A stretch of 32,000 nucleotides of DNA, taken from assembly GCF_000023965.1 (NCBI RefSeq), contig NC_013202.1, forward strand, positions 2,580,001 through 2,612,000, in the 5' to 3' direction. Origin of the DNA: Halomicrobium mukohataei DSM 12286 (GTDB lineage: Archaea; Halobacteriota; Halobacteria; Halobacteriales; Haloarculaceae). A program made the translations under genes and the position numbers. This document shows, piece after piece, positions 23,589-32,000 of the stretch. How positions within the stretch are numbered: position 1 is the first letter of the stretch; each line of letters opens with the position of its first letter. The notes beneath the pieces were generated by a model that was given only the letters and a program-made list of their open reading frames with translations, did not search any database and was not told where the DNA came from.

Positions 23589-23777
23589 ACGTATTCATAT
23601 CATATTCGTACTAATAAACCCTTTCACGGACGGCTATCGATACGGTTCTTCTATAGTAACAATTGCACCGATGTCCACACCGATCGCACTGCAGTCGTGC
23701 GATCGGGTGTGCATTGATTTTGCCCGGCTCGAAGCTGTGGGGCTGCTTCGAAGACCCACTGGGACACCCGGGCACGC

Positions 23778-24056
23778 TCACGCGCGGGTCGACGACCGAC
23801 CGCGAAGCCCTTCGCGTCCACGGAGGAGCGCCACGCCGCCGAGCAGCACCGCCTGATGGAGCACCGTCCCGAGCGCGATGGCACCGAACGCCATCCCCGC
23901 CGTCAGCGCGAGCGACGCCCCTTCGAGCACCGACACGGCGACGACCAGCACGGCGGCGACGGTGCCGTTCCCGAGCGAGCGAGGGAGTTCGTCTCGAATC
24001 ATCTCCACGACCGATCGATCCGTCGCGTCGCCGTTCAGGAGCGCTGCGAAGCACAT
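23778..24056 (-). CDS. Small (92 aa) two-TM membrane protein, hypothetical
   Basis: From the internal ATG 24056: MCFAALLNGDATDRSVVEMIRDELPRSLGNGTVAAVLVVAVSVLEGASLALTAGMAFGAIALGTVLHQAVLLGGVALL... I recognise no family, and it is the weakest CDS call here. Confidence 0.3.
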   Translation of the reverse strand: MCFAALLNGDATDRSVVEMIRDELPRSLGNGTVAAVLVVAVSVLEGASLALTAGMAFGAIALGTVLHQAVLLGGVALLRGREGLRGRSSTRA

Positions 24057-24148
24057 GACATCTCCTGTGGACTGGAGACAGTTAACTCGACCGTGCGATT
24101 CGGCGGCGACATCGCCGAATTTAGCCCCACTGGCCACGAAAAGGCGGC

Positions 24149-24904
24149 ATGGATCAGTCCACCGAATCGAAGGTCGCCGACCTCGTGGCGTCCCTGCGCG
24201 AGAGCGACACCGCCGTCGTCCTCACCGGCGCTGGTGTGAGTACCGCCTCGGGCATTCCCGCCTTCCGCGGCGAGGACGGCCTCTGGTCGGAGTTCGATCC
24301 GAAGGCGTTTCACCGCCGACGGCTGGACGCAGACCCGGCGGGGTTCTGGGCCGACCGCCTCGAACTCAGAGAACGACTCACCGGCGGCTCGATCGAACCG
24401 AACGCCGCTCACGAGGCCATCGCGACGCTGGAAGCCGAGGGACACGTCGACGCAGTCGTCACCCAGAACGTCGACGGGCTCCACAGAGAGGCCGGCACGG
24501 AGAACCTGATCGAACTTCACGGGACCAACGAGCAGGTCGCCTGTGACGACTGTGGGCGACGGACGGCCGCCGAGCCGGTCTTCGGGCGGGCGGCCGAGGG
24601 AGAGCGACCGCCACGGTGTGAGTGTGGCGGCGTCTTGCGGCCCGACGTGGTTCTGTTCGGCGAATCGCTGCCCGGCGAAGCGATCGAGCGAGCGAACTGG
24701 CTGGCCCACCGGGCGGACTGGTTCCTGGTCGCGGGCTCGTCGCTGACCGTCGCTCCGGCCGCGGGACTCCCCGGCAGAGCGGCGCGGTCGGGAGCGACGG
24801 TCGGCATCGTGAATCTCGAGTCGACGGAGAAAGACGACGCGGCGGCAGTCGTCGTCAGAGCGGATGTGACGACGATATTGCCGGCGATCGAACGGCGCGT
24901 CTAG
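24149..24904 (+). CDS. sir2: NAD-dependent protein deacylase, Sir2/CobB family
   Basis: 251 aa containing GAGVSTASGIPAFRG, QNVDGLH, a zinc ribbon (CDDCGRR...CECGG), VLFGE and GSSLTV. Confidence 0.93.
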   Translation: MDQSTESKVADLVASLRESDTAVVLTGAGVSTASGIPAFRGEDGLWSEFDPKAFHRRRLDADPAGFWADRLELRERLTGGSIEPNAAHEAIATLEAEGHVDAVVTQNVDGLHREAGTENLIELHGTNEQVACDDCGRRTAAEPVFGRAAEGERPPRCECGGVLRPDVVLFGESLPGEAIERANWLAHRADWFLVAGSSLTVAPAAGLPGRAARSGATVGIVNLESTEKDDAAAVVVRADVTTILPAIERRV

Positions 24905-25335
24905 AGTTCGACGCCGCCGGGGATGAGGCTCCGTCCGCGACTGAGGCTGCCGCTCTCGTCGTAGACGAGCAGGATCTCCTTCGTGTAGACTGTCGATTTC
25001 CCGTCGCCGTCTGTGAGTCGGAGGCGGTATCTGGTTCCCTCGTCGTCGCTGGCGGCGGCGACGACCGACTCGATGACGCTCGGGGCGACGTTCGCTTCGA
25101 GGACGTACTCGCCGTTGTGACGGTTCGCGATCGAGAGGACGCCGGCCGCCTCGCTGCCGTCGGCTCGGGTGCGATAGGTCACGTCCAGTTCGCCCGCGTC
25201 GAGTGTGCCACCGTCGCTGGTGAGTCGATCCGACAGGAGGTCGTCGGGACCGTCGAACGCGATCGCGATCACCGGATCGTCGGTCGACGACTCCTCGGTC
25301 CCGCTCACGTCGATGTCGAAGTAGTCACGCCGCAT
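24901..25335 (-). CDS. Conserved acidic hypothetical protein
   Basis: 144 aa from ATG 25335 (MRRDYFDIDVSGTEESSTDDPVIAIAFDGPDD...). It has haloarchaeal acidic composition. Its stop overlaps the sir2 stop on the opposite strand (CTAG). Confidence 0.6.
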   Translation of the reverse strand: MRRDYFDIDVSGTEESSTDDPVIAIAFDGPDDLLSDRLTSDGGTLDAGELDVTYRTRADGSEAAGVLSIANRHNGEYVLEANVAPSVIESVVAAASDDEGTRYRLRLTDGDGKSTVYTKEILLVYDESGSLSRGRSLIPGGVEL

Positions 25336-25450
25336 CTCGTACCCGACGGTAGGGGACGCTGGGCAAAGAACGTAACGGCGATTGGTACCACGACACACGG
25401 GATCGGGCAGAGCCGACAGCTATAATCCACAGTGGGACGCGGTGACGGGC

Positions 25451-25981
25451 ATGGCCTGGGTCAAGTCCGAGTACGCGCCGGAGCTCGCGGTCCTGTCGAC
25501 GTGGCTCGTGGCGCTGTTGCCGTGGTCGGGGGCGGTCCTGCCGATCGAGGTCGGCGGTCGCCAGGTGACCGTCGTCATCATCCGGTTTCTGTACTTTCGA
25601 CTACAGTACATCTTCGGCATCTCCTTCGGCGAGCAAGAGCGGCCGTTCCTCTGGGTGGTCGAGGCACCGGCGTTCAACCAGACCCTGACGACGGCGAGCT
25701 GGGTGTGGGTCGGAGCCGCGGTCCTCTCGCTCGCTCCGCTGGCGTTGAGTGTCGCCTACTACGTCGACGAGGACGCCCACGAGGCCGCGATGCCGGTCGA
25801 CCCGGTCCGACTCCAGGGCGCGCTGCTGGCACTGTTGGGCGTGGGACTGGCCGCCGCGACGCTCCTGTTCTGGGACCGCCAGCCGGTCACGATCCCGGTC
25901 GGCACCGCGCTGACGCTCGTGTTCGGCTACCTCCTGCTGACGGTCGACCGGACCGACGACGGGGGCGTCGGCGAGGAGTGA
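25451..25981 (+). CDS. Integral membrane protein (4-5 TM), hypothetical
   Basis: 176 aa from ATG 25451 (MAWVKSEYAPELAVLSTWLVALLPWSG...). A TATA-like CTATAAT lies about 26-33 nt upstream. Confidence 0.6.
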   Translation: MAWVKSEYAPELAVLSTWLVALLPWSGAVLPIEVGGRQVTVVIIRFLYFRLQYIFGISFGEQERPFLWVVEAPAFNQTLTTASWVWVGAAVLSLAPLALSVAYYVDEDAHEAAMPVDPVRLQGALLALLGVGLAAATLLFWDRQPVTIPVGTALTLVFGYLLLTVDRTDDGGVGEE

Positions 25982-26079
25982 CGCCGCCCGCCCACGGGAT
26001 TTCAATTCGCAATACTGGGAGGGGCTCATTTAAGTACGTCGGCGAAGTATCGTGAGACGATTCCACACGGTATCGAGCG

Positions 26080-27708
26080 ATGGCAGGCGACGAGACAGAG
26101 CACGACGGATCGAGTTCGACGCCGCTCTCGGGCGTGCGCGACTGGCTCTCGCGGACGGCTCGCATGCTCAGCGGCGCGGCCGTCCCGTCGACGAACTACG
26201 ATCCACAGCGCCACGGCAAGCTGGTCGAGTACACGGTGCCCGAGCAGTACGACGAGATCGACCGCTACTGGCTCAACGCACCCTTTGCCTTCGCCTCGAT
26301 CAACCACGATCCCGAGGCCGACGAACAGTTCTACCAGGTCGTCGAACCCTCGCTCGACGAGTTCGAGCGCGATCTGCTCGATCGGCTCTTCGAGGACATC
26401 CGCGGTCCGCTCATCTACCGCGAGGACGTGAGCGACGACCCCGAGGCGGCGCTGGCCGCGGCGCTGCGGGACCGGATCGAGGAGTACGGCGTCGTCGTCG
26501 AGCCCGAGACGTTTTACCGGCTGCTGTACTACCTCTATCGGTCCTTCCTGGGCTACGGCCGGATCGACCCGCTGATGCACGATCCCCACATCGAGGACAT
26601 CTCCTGTGACGGGGCCGGGCTACCGATCTTCGCGTATCACGACGCGTACACCGACATCGAGACCAGCGTCGTCTACGAGGAGGGCGAGCTGAACGACTTC
26701 GTGATCCAGCTCGCACAGCGGTCGGGCCGGCACGTCTCCGTCTCTGATCCCGTCGTCTCGACGACGCTGCCGGACGGCTCGCGGATCGAGCTGGCACTCG
26801 GCGAGGAGGTCACGCCCCGCGGCTCCGCGTTCACCATCCGGAAGTACGCCGACGAGCCGTTCACGCCGATCGATCTGCTGAACTACGGGACCTTCTCCGT
26901 CGAGATGCTGGCCTACCTCTGGCTGGCCATCGAGTCCAACAAGTCCCTGATCTTCGCCGGGGGGACGGCGGCGGGCAAGACGACCTCGATGAACGCCGTC
27001 TCGATGTTCATTCCGCCCCGATCGAAGGTGTTGACCATCGAGGACACCCGCGAACTGTCGCTGTACCACGACAACTGGCTCTCGTCGGTGACCAGGGAGC
27101 GACTCGACGAGTCGGACATCACGATGTACGACCTGTTGCGGTCGGCGCTGCGCCACCGGCCGGAGTACATCATCGTCGGCGAGGTCCGCGGCGAAGAGGC
27201 GATTACGCTCTTCCAGGCGATGAACACGGGGCACACGACGTTCTCGACGATGCACGCCGACTCGGTCCAGACGGTGATCAACCGGCTGGAAAACGAGCCG
27301 ATCAACGTGCCGCGACCGATGGTTCAGAGCCTCGACATCCTCTGTGTGCAGGTGCTTGGCCGCTCGGGCGGGGAACGCGTCCGGCGAGCCAAGACCCTCG
27401 CCGAGATCGAGGGGATCGACCAGCGGACCGGGGAACTCGACTACTCCAACGCCTACGCCTGGCAGGCCGACGAGGACTACTTCGAGGACTCAAACAGCGA
27501 TCTGCTGGACGAGATCAGGCGCGAACGGGGCTGGAGCCAGTCGGAGTTGCTCCGGGAGATGGACGACAGAAAGCGGTTCCTGCGATACCTCCAGGCGGAG
27601 TCGATCACGGACTACCGGCGATTTACCGCGATGGTCAACAAGTACTACGCGGACAGCGAGACGGTGATGGAGCGGATCGACCGGGCCGACATCGACGCGA
27701 CACCCTGA
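26080..27708 (+). CDS. pilB: Archaeal type IV pilus/archaellum-type assembly ATPase (PilB/FlaI, VirB11/GspE superfamily)
   Basis: 542 aa with Walker A GGTAAGKTTSMNA, an Asp box/Walker B (RHRPEYIIVGEVRGEE) and a His box (NTGHTTFSTMHADS). The N-terminal domain resembles FlaI/PilB. It is followed immediately by a FlaJ/PilC-like gene, and no archaellin genes are nearby. Confidence 0.9.
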   Translation: MAGDETEHDGSSSTPLSGVRDWLSRTARMLSGAAVPSTNYDPQRHGKLVEYTVPEQYDEIDRYWLNAPFAFASINHDPEADEQFYQVVEPSLDEFERDLLDRLFEDIRGPLIYREDVSDDPEAALAAALRDRIEEYGVVVEPETFYRLLYYLYRSFLGYGRIDPLMHDPHIEDISCDGAGLPIFAYHDAYTDIETSVVYEEGELNDFVIQLAQRSGRHVSVSDPVVSTTLPDGSRIELALGEEVTPRGSAFTIRKYADEPFTPIDLLNYGTFSVEMLAYLWLAIESNKSLIFAGGTAAGKTTSMNAVSMFIPPRSKVLTIEDTRELSLYHDNWLSSVTRERLDESDITMYDLLRSALRHRPEYIIVGEVRGEEAITLFQAMNTGHTTFSTMHADSVQTVINRLENEPINVPRPMVQSLDILCVQVLGRSGGERVRRAKTLAEIEGIDQRTGELDYSNAYAWQADEDYFEDSNSDLLDEIRRERGWSQSELLREMDDRKRFLRYLQAESITDYRRFTAMVNKYYADSETVMERIDRADIDATP

Positions 27709-27709
27709 C

Positions 27710-30133
27710 ATGCAACTCAATCCACTGGGGACGCTCCCCGTCTTCGCGGTCATCGCGATCCTGTGCGTGGTCGCGCTCGCGATGCTCGACGAGACGTTCG
27801 ACACGTCGCTGACGCGGTTCGGCCGACGGCTGTTCGGCCGGTACATCCCGGAGTCTGAGGAGCGAGAGCGCCTCCTGAAGTCGGCGTTCGTGGTGTACAC
27901 CTATCGGACCTACGCCGCCCGGACGCTGCTGTACACGGCGCTGGCGGCCCTGGGCGGTGCGATCACTGGCGTCTACCTGTTCGGCGGACTGTTGCTGGCG
28001 ATTCCGGGCATCGTCGATCTCATGATGGGGTTGCCCCGGACGATGGTCAACGCGCTGGGGATCCGCGGGTTCGAACTCGTGTTGACCCCGCGGGAGATCC
28101 TGTGGATCCTGATCGGCGGGGGCGTGATTACCGGCGTGACGGCCGCGGGGCTGACCTACTGGCTGCGCTGGGAGATGCCCCGAAGCAGAGCCGCGGTCCG
28201 CCAGCGAGCGATCGACGAGGGACAGGGGCGGACCCTCGCGTTCCTCTATGCGCTCTCGCGGGGCGGCGTCTCGTTTCCCGCGGCGTTGCGGACGCTCTCG
28301 GACAACCGCGAGATCTACGGGGCCAGCGCGGAGGAGGTCTCGGTCGCGGTCAGGCAGATGGACCTGTTCGGCCAGGACATGATCACCGCCGTCAGAGGGA
28401 TGGCCGGTCGGACGCCAAGCGAGGACTTCCAGACGTTCGCCGAGAACCTCGCGAGCGTGCTTCAGAGCGGGCGCAGCCTCTCGACGTTCCTCAGAGAGCA
28501 GTACGAGCGGACGAAAGACGAGAGCGAGCGCCGCCAGGAAGAGATCCTCGAACACCTCGCGACGGTCGCGGAGGCGTACGTGACGGTGCTGGTCGCCGCC
28601 GTGCTCTTTTTCATCACGATCTTGCTCGTGTTCGGCCTGACCCTGGCCGACACGCTCGTGTTCATCCAGATGGTCGGCTACCTGATGATCCCGCTGGCCA
28701 ACGCCGGGTTCGTGCTGTACCTCGGCCAGCGGCTGGCGATCCTCGGCATCGGAAACAACAAGACGACCACGTTACTCGATCGACGAGCGACGACGACGTT
28801 CGCCAAGCCGACCGACTCGGGCGGGTCGACGGCGACTGACGGCGGCTACGCCGACTCCATCGAGCGACGCCAGCTGGCCGTCTACGACCGGATCGCGACG
28901 GTCAAGCGCCTCGTCACCTCGCCGGTCCAGACGTTCCTCTGGAACCCGTCTCGGGTGCTCTACGTCACGGTGCCGATCGCCGTCCTCGCGGTCGCGCTCC
29001 GGGCACCGGCGGCCTTCGAGACGGGGACGGTCAACCTCCGGGTCCTCGACGACGTCCTGATCCAGTCGCTCCTGTTCGTGCTGGCGACGTTCGCGATCGC
29101 CCGGGAGCTGTACACCCGTCGGATCCGCCGGATCGAGGCTTCTACGCCGGAGTTGCTCGAACGCCTGGCCAGCCTCAACGAGGCCGGCATGACGGTCGTC
29201 GAGAGCCTGGAGCGGGTCCGCGGGACCGACGTTGGCGCACTCAGCGAGGAGGTCGATCGGATCTGGGCGGACGTGACGATGGGTGCCAACGTCGAGGACG
29301 CCCTGACGAGGTTCGGCCGCCGGATCAGGACGACCTCGATGTCTCGAGTGGTCACGCTGCTGATCAACGCCATGCGATCGAGCGGCAAGATGGGGCCGAT
29401 CCTGCGGATCGCCGCCGATCAGGCCCGCTCCGACTACCGGCTGCGCCGCCAGCGCCGCCAGGAGATGCTCACCTACCTCGTCGTCATCTACATCTCCTTT
29501 CTCGTCTTCCTGGTCATCATCGCGTCGGTCCAGGAGGTGCTCGTGCCGGCGTTGCCCTCCAGCGTCCCGACCCCCGAGAACACGGGGCGATTGGGCGTCA
29601 ACGTCGATCAGTTCGCGCGACTGGGCCAGGTCGACAAGGCAGCGTACACGCTCGTGTTCTTCCACACGGCGCTGATCCAGGCGCTGTGTACCGGCTTCGT
29701 CGGCGGGCAACTCGGCGAGGGGTCGCTCAGAGACGGCGCAAAACACGCCGCGATCATGCTGGGCGTGGCCTACGTCGTGTTCCTCTTGCTGTCCTCGCCG
29801 GTGGCCTCGCTGACCGTCGACAGTCCCGCCGCCGGACAGGAGCGCATCACGGTCGATTCCGCCTCGCTGTCCGGCGGCGGCTACGTCGTCGTCTACGAGG
29901 GCGAAGCCGGCGGCGAGGTCGTCGGCCAGTCGGCGTATCTCGTCGCCGGCACCCACGAGGACGTGACGATCGAACTCGACAGCCCGGTCGAGCGGCGGGA
30001 CTCGCTGGTCGTCGTGGCGCATCTCGACACCGACGACGATCGGGTGCTGAACTACGGCGGCTTCGAGCGAGACCGGCCCTACCCCGCGCCGGGGCAAGGC
30101 GAGTTCGTCGCCGTATCGGTCACAGTCGAGTAG
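27710..30133 (+). CDS. pilC: FlaJ/PilC/TadC-like polytopic membrane platform protein with a C-terminal ~109-aa soluble extension
   Basis: 807 aa with two GspF-like repeats (each a cytoplasmic helical domain plus TM helices). It starts 2 nt after the ATPase stop. The tail from nt 29804 (SLSGGGYVVVYEGEAGGEVVGQSAYLVAGTHEDVTIELDSP...VVVAHLDTDDD) follows the last TM helix. Confidence 0.85.
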   Translation: MQLNPLGTLPVFAVIAILCVVALAMLDETFDTSLTRFGRRLFGRYIPESEERERLLKSAFVVYTYRTYAARTLLYTALAALGGAITGVYLFGGLLLAIPGIVDLMMGLPRTMVNALGIRGFELVLTPREILWILIGGGVITGVTAAGLTYWLRWEMPRSRAAVRQRAIDEGQGRTLAFLYALSRGGVSFPAALRTLSDNREIYGASAEEVSVAVRQMDLFGQDMITAVRGMAGRTPSEDFQTFAENLASVLQSGRSLSTFLREQYERTKDESERRQEEILEHLATVAEAYVTVLVAAVLFFITILLVFGLTLADTLVFIQMVGYLMIPLANAGFVLYLGQRLAILGIGNNKTTTLLDRRATTTFAKPTDSGGSTATDGGYADSIERRQLAVYDRIATVKRLVTSPVQTFLWNPSRVLYVTVPIAVLAVALRAPAAFETGTVNLRVLDDVLIQSLLFVLATFAIARELYTRRIRRIEASTPELLERLASLNEAGMTVVESLERVRGTDVGALSEEVDRIWADVTMGANVEDALTRFGRRIRTTSMSRVVTLLINAMRSSGKMGPILRIAADQARSDYRLRRQRRQEMLTYLVVIYISFLVFLVIIASVQEVLVPALPSSVPTPENTGRLGVNVDQFARLGQVDKAAYTLVFFHTALIQALCTGFVGGQLGEGSLRDGAKHAAIMLGVAYVVFLLLSSPVASLTVDSPAAGQERITVDSASLSGGGYVVVYEGEAGGEVVGQSAYLVAGTHEDVTIELDSPVERRDSLVVVAHLDTDDDRVLNYGGFERDRPYPAPGQGEFVAVSVTVE

Positions 30134-30183
30134 CCGACGCGCATCGAAGGGTGTTTGCGACACCGGATCGGTAGCCTCCGGTA

Positions 30184-31845
30184 ATGGAGTTCGCCGAGTT
30201 CGCCGCGACGGCGGCCGAGATCGAGGGCGAGAGCGCCGACATCGCGACGACCGAGCTGGTGGCCGGGCTGCTCGCAGACGCCGACGAGGACCTCCCGATC
30301 CTCACGCGGCTCGTGCAGGGACGGGTGTTCCCGGCCTACGAGGCGACGAAGCTCGACATCGGCCCGAAGCTGTGTTACGAGGCCCTGGCGCGGGCGGCGG
30401 GCCGAAACGTCGCCGTCGACGACATCGAGGCCCGCGTCGCGGACGTGGGTGAGATCGGTGCCGTCGCGACCGAGCTCGACCTGGGCGGCCAGCAGGGACT
30501 TGCCGCCTTCGGCGCTGGCTCGCAGTCGCCCCTGACCGTCGCCGAAGTGGCGGACGAACTCGCGGCCATCGCGTCGGCCAGCGGTTCGGGGAGCCACGAC
30601 ACGAAAGTCGAGACGCTGTTTGGCCTGTTCAACCGCGCCAGCGACGCGGAGGCCCGCTACCTCGCCCGGATCGTCCTCTCGGAGATGCGGATCGGCGTCG
30701 GCGAGGGGACGGTGCGCGACGCCATCGCGGCGGCCTTCGACGCGCCGGTCGACGCCGTCGAGAGCGCGCTACAGGTCACCAACGACTACGGGAACGTCGC
30801 CCGGGTGGCCCGAGACGAGGGGGCCGACGGGCTGTCCGACCTCGAACTGACGATCGGACGGCCGGTCAAGGCGATGCTCGCACAGGCCGGCACCGTGACC
30901 GAGGCCCTCGAAGACTGGGAGACCGCAGCGGTCGAGTGGAAGTACGACGGCGCGCGGGTCCAGGTCCACGACGACGGCGAGACGGTCCGGCTGTTCTCTC
31001 GGAACATGGAGGACGTGACCGATCCGCTGCCGGAGGTGGTGTCGGCCGTCGAGGACGCCGTCGACGGTCCGGCCATCCTCGACGGCGAGGTCGTCGCGGT
31101 CGACGGCGACGGCGATCCGCTCCCCTTCCAGGAGGTCCTGCGACGCTTCCGGCGCAAACACGACGTGGCCCGTGCCAGCGAGACCGTCGGCGTTCGCCTG
31201 CACGCGTTCGACTGCCTCCACGCCGACGGTCGCGACCTGCTGGACGCCCCCCTCGTCGACCGACGGGACGCGCTCGACGCGGTGCTTGGCGACACCGACG
31301 CCGTCCGGTCGACGTTCTGGCTCGCAGACGACACCGAACGGATCGAGGACATCGCCGACGAGGCGCTGGCCGCCGGCCACGAAGGGATCATGCTGAAAGA
31401 TCCCGACTCGACGTACTCCCCTGGCAAGCGGGGCAAACACTGGCGCAAGCGCAAGCCCGACGTGGAGACCCTCGACCTCGTCGTCACCGGTGCACAGTGG
31501 GGCGAGGGACGGCGAGCGACCTACCTGGGGACCTTCGAGCTGTCGGCCCGGACCGACGACGGCTACGCGCCCGTCGGCAACGTCGCGACCGGGATCACCG
31601 ACGAACAGCTGGCGACGCTGACGGAACTGCTGGAGCCACACGTCACCCGGGAGACCGGCCAGCGCGTCGAGATCGAACCGGCCGTCGTCTTCGAGGTCGG
31701 CTACGAGGAGATCCAGCGCTCGTCGACCTACGAGTCGGGGTACGCGCTCCGGTTCCCGCGGTTCGTCGAGATCCGCTCGGACAAAGCCGTCGCGGACGGC
31801 GACACGCTCGAACGGGTCGAGCGGCTGGCCGCCCGGCAGGGGTGA
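30184..31845 (+). CDS. lig: ATP-dependent DNA ligase
   Basis: 553 aa with an N-terminal DNA-binding domain, adenylation motif I (EWKYDGARVQVH, KxDG), motifs LDGEVVA and EGIMLK, and an OB-fold with motif VI (LRFPRFVEIRSDK). Confidence 0.95.
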   Translation: MEFAEFAATAAEIEGESADIATTELVAGLLADADEDLPILTRLVQGRVFPAYEATKLDIGPKLCYEALARAAGRNVAVDDIEARVADVGEIGAVATELDLGGQQGLAAFGAGSQSPLTVAEVADELAAIASASGSGSHDTKVETLFGLFNRASDAEARYLARIVLSEMRIGVGEGTVRDAIAAAFDAPVDAVESALQVTNDYGNVARVARDEGADGLSDLELTIGRPVKAMLAQAGTVTEALEDWETAAVEWKYDGARVQVHDDGETVRLFSRNMEDVTDPLPEVVSAVEDAVDGPAILDGEVVAVDGDGDPLPFQEVLRRFRRKHDVARASETVGVRLHAFDCLHADGRDLLDAPLVDRRDALDAVLGDTDAVRSTFWLADDTERIEDIADEALAAGHEGIMLKDPDSTYSPGKRGKHWRKRKPDVETLDLVVTGAQWGEGRRATYLGTFELSARTDDGYAPVGNVATGITDEQLATLTELLEPHVTRETGQRVEIEPAVVFEVGYEEIQRSSTYESGYALRFPRFVEIRSDKAVADGDTLERVERLAARQG

Positions 31846-31925
31846 GGTGCCGGATAGATCTCCGCGATGACTCCGACCGTCGGCGTCACGGGCCATTTAT
31901 ACGCCGCTCGGCCGAACCGTGATCC

Positions 31926-32000
31926 ATGACCGTCCACTTCGAGGACATCACGCTGGACTGGCTTGGTTACGCGACCCTCCGGGTCGAGAGCGACGACACG
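31926..32000 (+). CDS. N-terminus of a probable MBL-fold metal-dependent hydrolase (truncated by the window end)
   Basis: ATG 31926 gives MTVHFEDITLDWLGYATLRVESDDT, which resembles the N-terminus of haloarchaeal beta-lactamase-fold hydrolases. A TATA-like CATTTATAC lies about 25-33 nt upstream. Only 25 codons are visible. Confidence 0.45.
   Translation, partial: MTVHFEDITLDWLGYATLRVESDDT

Noticed and set aside
24149-24904. The Sir2-domain protein as part of an anti-phage system (Thoeris, DSR or SIR2-HerA-like), given the nearby toxin-antitoxin pair.
   Set aside because: It is a compact 251-aa canonical sirtuin with a zinc ribbon and no extra effector or sensor domains. It has no partner genes (no ThsB/TIR, HerA or pAgo). 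It fits the housekeeping Sir2/CobB deacylase.
24901-24904. The overlapping convergent stop codons (CTAG) of sir2 and the neighbouring minus-strand gene.
   Set aside because: This is a common consequence of compact genomes and needs no specific function.

Overview
High-GC (roughly 65-70 %) chromosomal segment of a haloarchaeon (class Halobacteria). Support: strongly acidic proteins, a Tat/lipobox lipoprotein, TATA-like boxes 25-30 nt upstream of start codons (leaderless mRNAs), and typical haloarchaeal families (Lrp-TRASH, MTH865-like, PilB/PilC pair, small zinc-finger proteins). I call about 36 protein genes and see no rRNA, tRNA or CRISPR. Gene content, left to right: a metal cluster (partial copA, Lrp-TRASH regulator, DtxR-family regulator), PfpI, a HAD phosphatase, a REC-PAS histidine kinase, an ABC ATPase with an atypical permease, DUF998 plus two tandem DUF2071 genes, an aldo/keto reductase, a three-gene ABC-2 operon whose first permease carries a PrsW-like protease domain, an SRPBCC protein, an orphan iron-type substrate-binding lipoprotein, sucCD, mazEF, a sirtuin, a pilB/pilC-like pair, an ATP-dependent DNA ligase and a partial MBL-fold gene. 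Genes from 1 to 11321 are all on the minus strand, several with overlapping stop/start codons. The most unusual signals are non-coding. (1) A perfect 71-bp tandem array abuts the reductase stop codon. (2) A 371-bp highly self-complementary element has 18-bp inverted ends. (3) A textbook 296-bp MITE (16-bp perfect TIRs, 8-bp target duplication) rewrote the C-terminus of a small membrane ORF. (4) The sucD 3' end is duplicated, and the extra copy is split by a 114-bp hairpin element with a 5-bp duplication. (5) A GC-rich hairpin module with a conserved TCGCTKCGCTCC loop links three of these loci. (6) A DtxR-box-like palindrome lies between the TATA box and start of the binding-protein gene. sucCD is flanked on both sides by AT-richer accessory islets. 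Notes on the ORF track: it translates TTG/GTG starts as M, omits ORFs truncated by the window edge (hence copA and the last gene) and omits ORFs under 60 aa. Many long Arg/Pro-rich ORFs are out-of-frame or antisense artefacts of the high GC. Coordinates of non-ORF features were counted by hand against ORF-track anchors and could be off by 1 nt.
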